A stretch of DNA of 64,000 nt from Macrostomum lignano (lineage: Eukaryota). Positions 52,820-64,000 of this stretch are shown here, piece by piece (positions within the stretch are counted from its first letter, which is position 1; every line of letters starts with the position of its first letter). Below the pieces are notes generated by a model. That model worked only from the letters and a program-made list of their open reading frames with translations. It was not told the origin of the DNA and made no database searches. The stretch lies in contig NIVC01000307.1 in the NCBI GenBank assembly GCA_002269645.1, positions 310,001 through 374,000 on the forward strand, given 5' to 3'. The translations under genes and the position numbers were made by a program.

Positions 52820-53250
52820 AGCCACTGATCCGTCCTCCCAGATGCTCAGTTGCTGGGCCAGCCCCCCAGATGCTCAGTTGCTGGGCCAGCCTCCCAGCTC
52901 CTCAGTTGCTGGGCCAGCCTCCCAGATCCTCAGTTGCTGGGCCAGCCTCCCTGATCCTCAGTTGCTGGGCCAGCCCCCCAGATCCTCAGTTGCTGGGCCA
53001 GCCCCCCAGATCCTCAGTTGCTGGGCCAGCCCCCCAGATCCTCAGTTGCTGGGCCAGCCCCCCAGATCCTCAGTTGCTGGGCCAGCCCCCCAGATCCTCA
53101 GTTGCTGGGCCAGCCCCCCAGATCCTCAGTTGCTGGGCCAGCCCCCCAGATCCTCAGTTGCTGGGCCAGCCCCCCAGATCCTCAGTTGCTGGGCCAGCCC
53201 CCCAGATCCTCAGTTGCTGGGCCAGCCTCCCAGATCCTCAGTTACTGGGA
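52820..53250. repeat. 28-bp minisatellite CCCAGATCCTCAGTTGCTGGGCCAGCCC upstream of the AP1M1 ATG
   Basis: Period 28 (52981/53009). Confidence 0.95.
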
Positions 53251-54129
53251 GAGCCTCCTAAATTCTAAAATCTGCAGCAATAAAATACTAGAAAAAAAAC
53301 AAAACAAGACGATAAATTCAAAAAGGCAAACGAATCTGTCTGTATATATATGAGCACACATACGCATAGTTACCATAGCATCATAAGCAATATCTATCTG
53401 AATTTGTCTTGAATCTGCCGAAAAATATTGGTCTTTCCCCCAAATATTATTCAAGAACGCAGGACAGTTGAGAGCATTTAACAATAAAGCATAAGGAAAC
53501 AATTTAGATCTGCTACAGGTACAGACAGGTACTGTACGCCTCGGAACACTCGCTCGCGAAAGGAGAATAATTTTCGTTAATTATTAACTACACCAAAACT
53601 TTATGCTATGCAGCTTTTATAACTTGATAAAAAAACATAAACAAAAAGACTTTGTCCCGACATTAAATCTGATGAGAGCAGAATATTTATAACATTATCA
53701 TATATTGATTTAAGTGCGTCGCAGCTCGCTAGGCGTTTGGCATTTTATGGCACCAGAATGCACAATTGTAGCAAGTTAATAAGTAATATAGCGCGACAGG
53801 TGTTGCAACGTGACATCTACACAATAAATAGTGTCATTTTCACCGCATCCAACCAGCCAACCAAAGGTTTCATTGCGGAGTCTGTAACACCGGTGCAATA
53901 CAGAGCTTGACAACCTTGGACAATGCTCTTTTACATTGAAGTTTGTCAGCCGAACTTATATAACCTTCACCGTTTTTTGGTTTTATATGTATGGTTTTAT
54001 ACTCTATGGGGCTTTTGGCAAAATGGGGAATCAATGCGTAGGTGAATCCTTTTTTGGAAATCCCCATAAGGAATTCGTAGGAAGGAGATGTCTTAGAATA
54101 GGGCATTATCATTTAGGAGGCTCCGAATT

Positions 54130-54450
54130 TTAGATTTCTATGTCAGGGAATCTAGTTATGGGAAATCCCTATTTAGGGGAATGGGGGAATACCTAAATAG
54201 GAGAATCCAAACTGAGGAAAACCTACAAGTAGGTACATCCACATGTAGGGGAATTCCTACTTGGGAAACCATATGTCGGGGAAATCCTTATATAGGGGAA
54301 TCCGAATTCAAGGGAAACCCCATGTAGGGGAAATCCTTATATAGGGGAATTCGAATTCAAGGGAAACCCCATGCAGGAAAATCCTGATTGTAAAAATCTC
54401 TATATATGGGAATCCCTATTAGGGAAATCTCTATATAGAGATAAACCGAT
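54130..54450. repeat. Degenerate GGG(G)AA(A/T)TCC-based repeat
   Basis: Recurring GGGAAATCC/GGGAATCC/GGGAAACCCC; direct duplication ~54245-54370. Confidence 0.6.
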
Positions 54451-54668
54451 TGAAGAAAAGATCCACTAGGAGTATTAATTGAATAATTATATAACAATAT
54501 TAAATATTAACCAACAGTAAGCACACAATGTTTTAAAGTAGTTTCAGAGCGCAAGAAGAAAATATCACCTGTTTTCGAAGAATCCTCCCCCCCCCTTAAG
54601 AAAACAATATGACAGCGAGCTTCAGATGGCCTAATAAAATTAAGCAAAGCACAAAGAAGCAAACAGCT

Positions 54669-56628
54669 TCAAGACAAGAAGACCACAAAGATCACAAAGA
54701 ATACGATGAGCACGCCGAATACTTTTAGCATTAGGCGCCGATTAGAAGAGACTGTCTTAAAGAATTTCAATAACTCAGCGTGAGCGCCTTCGACATTGAT
54801 TGTTGTCTGGTCGACGCTGGCATCGATGCGCTGCACCATCTCGTCTTGCTCTCTCACAATGGTGGCTAATTGTTGAAATATTTGGCCAAGATCTACCATT
54901 GTCTGTTCAATGTTGCGCATTGTGTCCGCTCGACTGTTGAGGTAGTCTTCGTTCTGATCAAGTAGTGCCTGCTGTTGTCTGATTAAGGGTTTTCGAAGCT
55001 GCTTTATTAGTTGATTTGTTACTGTTTACTTCTATAGATAAGTTTATATTTACACGGGGGAGAGGGGCTCATAAGGACGGGCGCGTGTGTACATTAGATG
55101 GGGTGAGAGGTGGTTAGAAAGGACGGGAGCGTGTGTACATTGGATGGGGGAAGGGGGCTGATAAGACAGTGTACATTGGATAGGGTGAGAGGGGGTAAGA
55201 AAAGATGGGAGCGTGTGTGTACATTGGATGGGGTGAGTGAGAGGGGGTACAAAAGATAGACCGTGTGTACATTAGATGGGGTGAGAGCGGGTTAGAAAAG
55301 ACGGGAGCGTGTCTATATTGGATGGGGTGAGAGGTGGTTAGAAAGGACGGGAGCGTGTGTACATTGGATGGGGGAAGGGGGCTGATAAGACAGTGTACAT
55401 TGGATAGGGTGAGAGGGGGTAAGAAAAGACGGGAGCGTGTGTGTACATTGGATGGGGTGAGTGAGAGGGGGTACAAAAGATAGACCGTGTGTACATTAGA
55501 TGGGGTGAGAGCGGGTTAGAAAAGACGGGAGCGTGTCTATATTGGATGGGGTGAGAGGTGGTTAGAAAGGACGGGAGCGTGTGTACATTGGATGGGAGAA
55601 GGGAGCTGATAAGACAGTGTACATTGGATGGGGGAAGGGGGCTGATAAGACAGTGTACATTGGATAGGGTGAGGGGGGGTTAGAAAAGACGGGAGCGTGT
55701 GCCCATTGGGTAGAGTGGGAGGAGGCGGGCAGAGACTGGAGAGAGCATATACTCGTAGAATAAATAGACTGAGCTAGAAAACTTGCTGTCACCTTCGCCA
55801 GTTGCCCTCAGCCCCCGACATGTCAATGGCCACATCTGAACTGGTCCTGTGCAGTTCATCGTCCTGAGCTAACAGCGAAGGCTTGGCAAGCAGGTCAACT
55901 GTACTAGACGTGGCCGAGAATTGCTCGCGTCGAGCGGCATTCTGTTTTAAAGTTTCTGTCCGAGTTTCCAATACATTTCTGAATCTATCCGACATGTTAG
56001 CCAGCTGGGTTTGCAAGGCTAGTACAACTGAATTGCTGTGCGTGCGAGACTGCTGCTGCTGCTGCTGTTGGAATTGGCTTTGACCGTTTCTGGAGACTTC
56101 CTGGAGGCCGAAAGCAATTAAGCTGTTTTGATTTTTTAATATTTACTTCTAACCCTTTACATTGCGGAGACTCTCTGACCCACAGAAGTTTAAAAAGTCT
56201 GTAAGAGTAAACTACGTTTTTACAGATTACTCAAATATTATCATTGGTTGTCCAATTTCTGTTGCGTCCTGTCACGAAAGATGGGACAAAGTATTAATGA
56301 AACTAAGAATAAAACAAAGACAATCTTGAAAAGTGAAAATCTAGACACGGAACAGACACTGCCCTAGTTTTACTGTTAGCCCCTAACATAATTGTCCGCT
56401 GCCGAATGTCTTAGACAAATTAGCCAGATACACACAGGAAGCCAGACAGTCACTTAGGACAACAGACAGATGCTGTAAACACAAAAAAGTTGATACAAAC
56501 CATAACAAATATAGACAGAGACAAACAGATTACACAAAAAGACAGACAGACTATGTTCGTCTGTTTTCATATCAATTTGTTCTAGTCTCTGTCTTTGTAT
56601 TTCAATGCGAGCTGTCTGTCTGTTTGTG

Positions 56629-56661
<33 letters not shown>

Positions 56662-56719
56662 GTCTTAGTGTGTCTGTCTGTCTGTCTGTCTTAGTGTGTC
56701 TGTCTTGTATCTGTCTTAG

Positions 56720-56756
<37 letters not shown>

Positions 56757-56855
56757 TAGTGTGTCTGTCTTGTATCTGTCTTAGTGTCTGTCTATCTGTC
56801 TTAGTGTGTCTGTCTGTCTGTCTGTCTTAGTGTGTCTGTCTTGTATCTGTCTTAG

Positions 56856-56896
<41 letters not shown>

Positions 56897-57007
56897 TAGT
56901 GTCTGTCTGTCTGGCTGTCTGTCTGTCTGTATATCTGTCTTAGTGTCTGTCTATCTGTCTTTCTGTCTTAGTGTCTGTCTATCTGTCTTTCTGTCTTAGT
57001 GTGTCGA

Positions 57008-57042
<35 letters not shown>

Positions 57043-57433
57043 GCCTGTCTGACACCAAGGCGCAGCCAGACTACACAATAAAGAAGAGCCGCAGCCGCAC
57101 CTGCAGGGAGCCAATCGCCTGATTGAGCGCATTAAGATCCTGCCGCACAATATAGGTGAGCTCCTGAATCTCCGGTACCCTATCATCAAACAGACTCTGC
57201 CGTTTTGCCAATAGCGCCAGCTTCTCAACCTTGGCGCAGGTGCTTTTCAAATCGGCGCCAACCCGCCTGGCCAGCTGGTTGAACTGGCTGCGCTGGTGCA
57301 GCCGAGCCTTCGCTGGCGAATGCTGCTCCGACGCTGACGCCGCTGCGCCCGATGCGGCACCGTTGCTAAGGCGACCGCGCATCAACTGCACCACAGATTG
57401 AAATTCGTTGGTGCGATCTCTGCTAGCGGTCAT
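54669..57433 (-). CDS. STX5: Syntaxin-5 (Golgi Qa-SNARE); exons 57433-57101, 56100-55793, 54978-54669
   Basis: N-terminal RDRTNEF (Sly1-binding) motif; KVEKLALLAKRQSLFDDRVPEIQELTYIVRQD; SNARE motif MRNIEQTMVDLGQIFQQLATIVREQ; C-terminal TM. Confidence 0.95.
55060..55710. repeat. 224-bp higher-order repeat of GTGTACATTGGATGGGG-core subunits in STX5 intron 2
   Basis: Period 224 (55141/55365/55589). Confidence 0.88.
56610..57050. repeat. (TGTC)n-based microsatellite in STX5 intron 1
   Basis: Seen directly. Confidence 0.93.
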
Positions 57434-57689
57434 GTTCAAGATAATAGCTGCTGATCAAGTGTAGCCTCTGAGTGAGTTGGATTACTGACTGAGTGGGGCA
57501 CTGCCGACTGGATTCTTTTGAGCAAGCAGAAATTGTCAAATTCAAGGCACCTGCAGTAGCACATGATGAAACAGTAATAGAAAAATAAGAGAATATACAA
57601 AAATCAATTAGTCTAATAATGACAATGGCGGAAATCTACGTACAATAGCACTTATTTTCCTACTAAGAGGCGAGTTGCAAAGGAAATAA

Positions 57690-58300
57690 GAGAGAAAAAT
57701 GTGAGAAAATGATACTGTTAAAAAGAGAGAGGGGAGAGAGAGAAGGTGAGTGGAGAGAAAAGGGTGAGAGTAGAGTAGAGGGTGAGAGAAGAGAAGATCG
57801 TGAGAGCCGAAAAGAGGGTGAGAATAGAGGATGAGAGGAAAGGGTGAGAGTAGAGTAGAGGGTGAGAGAAGAGAAGATCGTGAGAGCCGAAAAGAGGGTG
57901 AGAATAGAGGATGAGAGGAAAGGGTGAGAGTAGAGTAGAGGGTGAGAGAAGAGAAAAACGTGAGAGAAGAGACTCGGAGAGTGAGAGTCGAAAAGAGGGT
58001 GAGAATAGAGGATGAGAAGAGAAAGTGAGACTAGAGTAGAGAGTGAGAGAAGAGAGTGAGAGACGAGAAGAGGGTGAGAATAGAGGATGAGAGAAGATGG
58101 TGAAACTGTGAGAAAATGGTGAGAGTAGAGAATGTGAGAAGAGAGTAGGAGCTGAGAGGAGAGGGTGAGAGTACAAGGTGAGAGTAGAGTAGAAAGGGTG
58201 GGAGGAGAGGATGAGAGTAGAGGAGAGTGGAAAGGGTGAGAGGAGAGGAGGGGGAAGGAAAAACGATCAGAGAAGAGGGTGAGGGAAAAGAGAGACAAAG
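57690..58300. repeat. Purine-rich (GA) degenerate repeat upstream of STX5
   Basis: GAGGGTGAGAGTAGAG/AGAAGAG units. Confidence 0.88.
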
Positions 58301-59189
58301 ACTAAGCAAAGTATTGCAAACTATTAATAACCATAATAACAATAAATTTCTAAATCTAATTGCAAAATTTACTCACACAAAACAGTTGTAGGCATTAATT
58401 AAAAAACTACCTGGTATAATTTTCTCAATCAAAGTAGCGCGCAGAGACGCAATTGGATTTAAATTGATCAAACCTTCGCCCTAACTAACTACGTTGAGCG
58501 CCAATATATGCAATAAATATCCGAAAAGGTCAAAGCCACAAATTACAGCTCAAAATAATGATTGAAATGAAACGTAAATTTTGTTTTTATAAAACATAAT
58601 TTCAAAACAAAAAATCACGCTGAGTCAGGGAAAGCATTGCATTTTTCATTTGTTACTGTTGCTGACAAAAATAGCTAGTGACAATTAATATAACGACAAA
58701 ATGCGCACCGATTTAAAATCACTACTGGTATAGCCATTATACTAGGAACATGGTTGCCACATTATTAATTATTAATAATTATCGACACAAAAAAGGGAAA
58801 AAATTCAAGCCAGAGAATAAATTACAGCTCGTAGATTTGCGGCCATCACCCGATCTAAGAGATCGTTGATGAATCATCATAAACTCAGGAATATTGAACT
58901 CACTGGATAAAACTCACTGGAGAATTTATCAATTAAAAATAGCAGGCAGCAACCGCCACTGTCTTGACAATTCGAACTCTCATTTCAAAATAGTTTTTTT
59001 TTTAAATTACAAAAGCATAAGCAGTGACCAGTCTCAGACTGGTCTCAGAGACCAGTGCAACCAAAATGCAGAAATTATAAATATAGCTTAGGCAGGCCAA
59101 CCAGCTGATGTAATTATTTTCTTTCATATTTATACTATAAAAACATTTTAATAACTGACACTATAAACTTATTTATATCTACTAACCTA

Positions 59190-60425
59190 TAGAACTCTGG
59201 GAATATTTGATGTCTTTGGCTTTGGGATTCTGGGAATGTTGTGTGGCTTTGGGATTCTGGGAATATTGTGTGGCTTTGGGATTCTGGGAATATTGTGTGG
59301 CTGTGAGATTCTGGGAATATTGTGTGGCTGTGGGATTCTGGGAATATTGTGTGGCTTTGGGATTCTGGAAATATTGTGTGGCTGTGGGATTCTGGGAATA
59401 TTGTGTGGCTGTGGGATTCTGGGAATATTGTGTGGCTTTGGGATTCTGGGAATATTGTGTGGCTGTGAGATTCTGGGAATATTGTGTGGCTGTGGGATTC
59501 TGGGAATATTGTGTGGCACGGATTCTGGGAATATTGTGTGGCTTTGGGATTCTGGGAATATTGTGTGGCTTTGGGATTCTGGGAATATTGTGTGGCTTTG
59601 GGATTCTGGGAATATTGTGTGGCTGTGGGATTCTGGGAATATTGTGTGGCTGTGGGATTCTGGGAATATTGTGTGGCTGTGGGATTCTGGGAATATTGTG
59701 TGGCTGTGGGATTCTGGGAATATTGCGTGGCTGTGGGATTCTGGGAATATTGTGTGGCACGGATTCTGGGAATATTGTGTGGCTTTGGGATTCTGGGAAT
59801 ATTGTGTGGCTGTGGGATTCTGGGAATATTGTGTGGCTGTGGGATTCTGGGAATATTGTGTGGCTGTGGGATTCTGGGAATATTGTGTGGCCGTGGGATT
59901 CTGGGAATATTGTGTGGCTGTGGGATTCTGGGAATATTGTGTGGCTGTGGGATTCTGGGAATATTGTGTGGCCGTGGGATTCTGGGAATATTGTGTGGCT
60001 GTGGGATTCTGGGAATATTGTGTGGCTGTGGGATTCTGGGAATATTGTGTGGCTGTGGGATTCTGGGAATATTGTGTGGCTGTGGGATTCTGGGAATATT
60101 GTGTGGCTGTGGGATTCTGGGAATATTGTGTAGCCGTGGGATTCTGGGAATATTGTGTAGCTGTGGAATTCTGGGAATATTGTGTGGCCGTGGGATTCTG
60201 GGAATATTGTGTGGCTGTGGGATTCTGGGAATATTGCGTGGCTGTGGGATTCTGGGAATATTGTGTGGCCGTGGGATTCTGGGAATATTGTGTGGCTGTG
60301 GGATTCTGGGAATATTGTGTGGCTGTGGGATTCTGGGAATATTGTGTGGCCGTGGGATTCTGGGAATATTGTGTGGCCGTGGGATTCTGGGAATATTGTG
60401 TGGCCGTGGGATTCTGAGAATATTA
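59190..60425. repeat. 27-bp minisatellite GGGATTCTGGGAATATTGTGTGGCTGT (~45 copies)
   Basis: Seen directly; frame switches in the ORF track mark 1-nt-short units. Confidence 0.96.
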
Positions 60426-61056
60426 GATAGCAGTGGAATTTGAATATCTTGTAATAGTGACAATTTCGGCCGCTTTTTACTATAACCTACTTGCTAATTC
60501 ATTCATCATTTCGTACTACTAAGAGTAAAGCATTCGGCCCTTTTATAAAAACATTAATTCCACAAGCTTTTAATCGGATGAACTACTACCGAAATAAAAA
60601 ATAAACTATTAGATTACAAATTGACATTAAAATATTATTTCTTAAATAGAAATTATTATTCCTTAGAAGAAAACTTTTTGAAGTGGAAAATTGTGGCTTA
60701 ACATAAACGCACAACAGCTTGCATATATCAGATTAAGCAAGGCAGCAAGACAAGACTGTGGTAGTGAAAGCAGTTTAGCATTATGGTAGATTTAATTTAT
60801 TGTACACTTTTTTTTAAAAACCATGCTTTAAACTTCATTTGAACTTATATAGATTTTTATCTAGAAATACATATACCAATTCACAAATAATGCCGATATG
60901 CTACTGCCAGTAGCTAATGTAATGATTTTGTTAGTGTGCATAAATATTGACTACTTGCTCGTTAGTAATAATTTGACCAGGAAAATGTTTTAAATGAACT
61001 GTTTGAAGCTCAATTATTTCACTAGATTTTTAGCCAGGTCGAGTCAAATCAGCTTA

Positions 61057-63255
61057 TCAATCAGTCCCGAAATACTTGGCGCAGAAGTGATACGGCACCA
61101 GATCGTGCAGCTCAGACGTGAGCACTGTCACATTGGGAAAGGCGGACAAGACGGCATCAACGCCGCGTTTAGTTGAGAACAAATTCAGCAAGAAGATGCT
61201 AGACTCGGGTATTGCATAGTCTTGCACTAATAATTGCAAAGCTTTGGCAGCCACGCGACCGTCGCCAAGGACTGGGTACATGAGCAGCACTCGGCGCTGT
61301 TGAATGCCTGGAGGCAGCTTCACGTACACGGGCTCCGGCTGGGCGGACGAGTCAGCGTGTTCATTGTCCAGCTGGATCAGCATCTTGATGGAGGAGTGTT
61401 GAACAATGGGGTTTATACAGATACATAAGCAAGGCCGTCAAAAAGTTGACCAAAAGTGCACTTCAAAGCACTTTTATTGTCTGCGAATCTGAACCGACTC
61501 TGGGACAACGCAAGTGACTCTGGGGCCGTAGAGTCTTATTTGAGGCGTGCTAGAGTCACTATAGAGTCACTGAGATGTGTTCGAAGCGCTTGACAAAGAT
61601 TATCTATACAAATGATAATCTTATGCCTTATCATCCAATATACACCTGTAGCACTAAGATTATCCATGCAAATGAGACAGGATTAGCACCCCATACACCT
61701 GTGACACTAAGATTATCCATGCAAATGAGACATGATTAGCACCCTACATACACCTGTGACACTAAGATTATCCATGCAAATGAGACAGGACTAGCACCCT
61801 ATACACCTGTGACACTAAGATTATCCATGCAAATGAGACAGGACTAGCACCCCATACACCTGTGACACTAAGATTATCCATGCAAATGAGACAGGATTAG
61901 CACCCAAAACACCTGTAGCACTAAGATTATCCATGCAAATGAGACAGGATTAGCACCCTACATACATCTGTGACACTAAGATTATCCATGCAAATGAGAC
62001 ATGATTAGCACCCTACATACACCTGTGACACTAAGATTATCCATGCAAATGAGACAGGATTAGCACCCTACATACATCTGTGACACTAAGATTATCTATG
62101 CAAATGAGACAGGATTAGCACCCCATACACCTGTGACACTAAGATTATCCATGCAAATGAGACATGATTAGCACCCTACATACACCTGTGACACTAAGAT
62201 TATCCATGCAAATGAGACAGGACTAGCACCCTATACACCTGTGACACTAAGATTATCCATGCAAATGAGACAGGACTAGCACCCCATACACCTGTGACAC
62301 TAAGATTATCCATGCAAATGAGACAGGATTAGCACCCAAAACACCTGTAGCACTAAGATTATCCATGCAAATGAGACAGGATTAGCACCCTACATACATC
62401 TGTGACACTAAGATTATCCATGCAAATGAGACATGATTAGCACCCTACATACACCTGTGACACTAAGATTATCCATGCAAATGAGACAGGATTAGCACCC
62501 TACATACATCTGTGACACTAAGATTATCCATGCAAATGAGACATGATTAGCACCCTATATACATCTGTGACACTAAGATTATCTATGCAAATGAGACAGG
62601 ATTAGCACCCTACATACATCTGTGACACTAAGATTATCTATGCAAATGAGACAGGATTAGCACCCCATACACCTGTGACACTAAGATTATCTATGCAAAT
62701 GAGACCACAAATGCCACAGCTCTCACAGCAACGCAAACTCAACAGCAATCCTACATACTAATAAGTATTTCCTACCTTTCCAATTCGAATGGCCCTACAG
62801 CAGTCTCGCAGACCCTTCTCCATCGCTTCGCCAGAACGCATAACGCTGACGCCGCAGTTGCCGCGAGTGTACCTGAGACCATCGTACTTATGACCTCCAG
62901 GTGTCACTACGGACAATGGCTCGTATGGCAAGCAATTAAGCGCCTCTTCTACTACTAATCGGATTAACCTATCGGCGTAAAACACAAAATCCGATCTGCT
63001 GGTGTCTTTATCTCGGAGCAGGGTGTGCAGTTCTTTCAGTTGGCTAGTGGCCCGGAGTACTCGAATATTGCCAACACTGCCAACTGGCTCAAGCGTGCTA
63101 CCGCTGCCATTGATGCTCAAAGCAGTGTCGGGTACATCTGTGGCCGAGTCTCCACTGCCACCATTAGACAGGATTTGCTCATGCTGCTGCCGCTGCTGTA
63201 ACTTTTTAGCCTTGCCTATGCCGCCTAACTGAGTCGTGCTAACTATCTCAGACAT
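61057..63255 (-). CDS. UPRT: Uracil phosphoribosyltransferase homolog (~268 aa); exons 63255-62776, 61383-61057
   Basis: LRDK..SRSDFVFYADRLIRLVVEEALNCLPY, GNCGVSVMRSGEAMEKGLRDCCRAIRIGK|MLIQ, VLLMYP, ends KYFGTD*. The start codon is tentative. Confidence 0.9.
61640..62705. repeat. 53-57-bp minisatellite in the UPRT intron (~20 copies)
   Basis: ACACCTGTGACACTAAGATTATCCATGCAAATGAGACAGGATTAGCACCC core. Confidence 0.95.
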
Positions 63256-64000
63256 TGGGGTGATCAATAAGTTTTAATTATTGTCTGACAGTTGGCCAGT
63301 GCCTTTATAACACTGGTAAGTGTAGAAATAGCAGAAATTTTGATGGCCACAAATTATAAGTGACATATCAACAATTAGTATAAAGGGTTCATATAGAATT
63401 TTATGCATAGTAAGTGCATGTGTTATCTCATATCATGAAATATTCTTACCTAATGTATAGGAATACATGTATAGAGGTTGGACAAGATTAACTTTTTTGG
63501 GATCAAGGCAATATTGAGATCCCAATTATTGCCAAGAATCAAGATTCTAGAATATTAAAGACCACTTAAACATACACAAATCTTTAATTACAAAGGCCAC
63601 CTTCTTGACTGACAATAGGTGCTTATAGATGTAATTAGCATGTTAAAATATCTTGGGGTAGGCTTTTATCTGCATATATGGGAGTTATGGTTTCCTATGC
63701 ATATGGTATGACTTTTTAAGACCTTCTAAAATCTAATAATTTTAACCAAAAATAGCATTTTGAGAGTATATCTGACATAAAAACCCTATTTCCTATACCA
63801 TGGTAGTTGGTTTTAAGTAAAATTATGCTAAAATAAGCTAACATGCTAAAATGAGTTAAAATTTAAGATTTAGAACCTAAGGTTTTAGAAGTCTAAATTT
63901 TGATCTTGCACTTTATATCAATCATATTATGGTATACACTAAAAGAAAAAATAAACTTATAATTTATGGAACCCATTAGGCTAGGGCCTACACCTAGTTG

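Noticed and set aside
59135-60463. Long repetitive ORFs (PHNIPRIPQ etc.), and likewise 2027-2842, 5525-6034, 9696-10025, 16926-17329, 22203-22792, 24364-25442, 52765-53353 and 57663-58342
   Set aside because: They are open on several frames or strands only because the repeat unit lacks stops; they have no domains, and most lie in introns of recognisable genes.
61057-64000. UCKL1 (uridine kinase-UPRT fusion)
   Set aside because: No kinase domain is visible upstream in the window, and the motifs and KYFGTD end match stand-alone animal UPRT.

Overview
This is eukaryotic, intron-containing invertebrate DNA. The repeat-filled introns suggest a free-living flatworm such as Macrostomum, but that is inference only. 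Exon models were assembled by hand from splice sites and reading phase. Conserved genes: CCDC149-like (-), FBXW7-like (-), AP-1 mu/AP1M1 (-), syntaxin-5 (-) and a UPRT homolog (-). Less familiar genes: a secreted Cys-rich follistatin/Kazal protein (+), a two-TM PIRT/TMEM100-like protein (+) and a secreted single-WSC protein (-). A very young Ty3/gypsy (Mag-like) LTR retrotransposon sits at 10222-14548 with a CTATA target-site duplication. There are several non-autonomous DNA elements, including a nested MITE. Almost every long intron carries its own private tandem repeat. The most novel-looking region is a 16-kb minus-strand cluster (25830-42131) of three genes encoding atypical C-type lectin receptors. 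One has 3 CTLDs, a link-like mini-domain and a TM segment. One is an FN3-mucin-CTLD pseudogene. One has 3 CTLDs, a ~870-aa mucin stalk and a TM segment. Their domains lack the canonical Ca2+/sugar motifs, carry an inserted CxxC, and are split across symmetric phase-2 exons that appear to be exchanged between paralogs.
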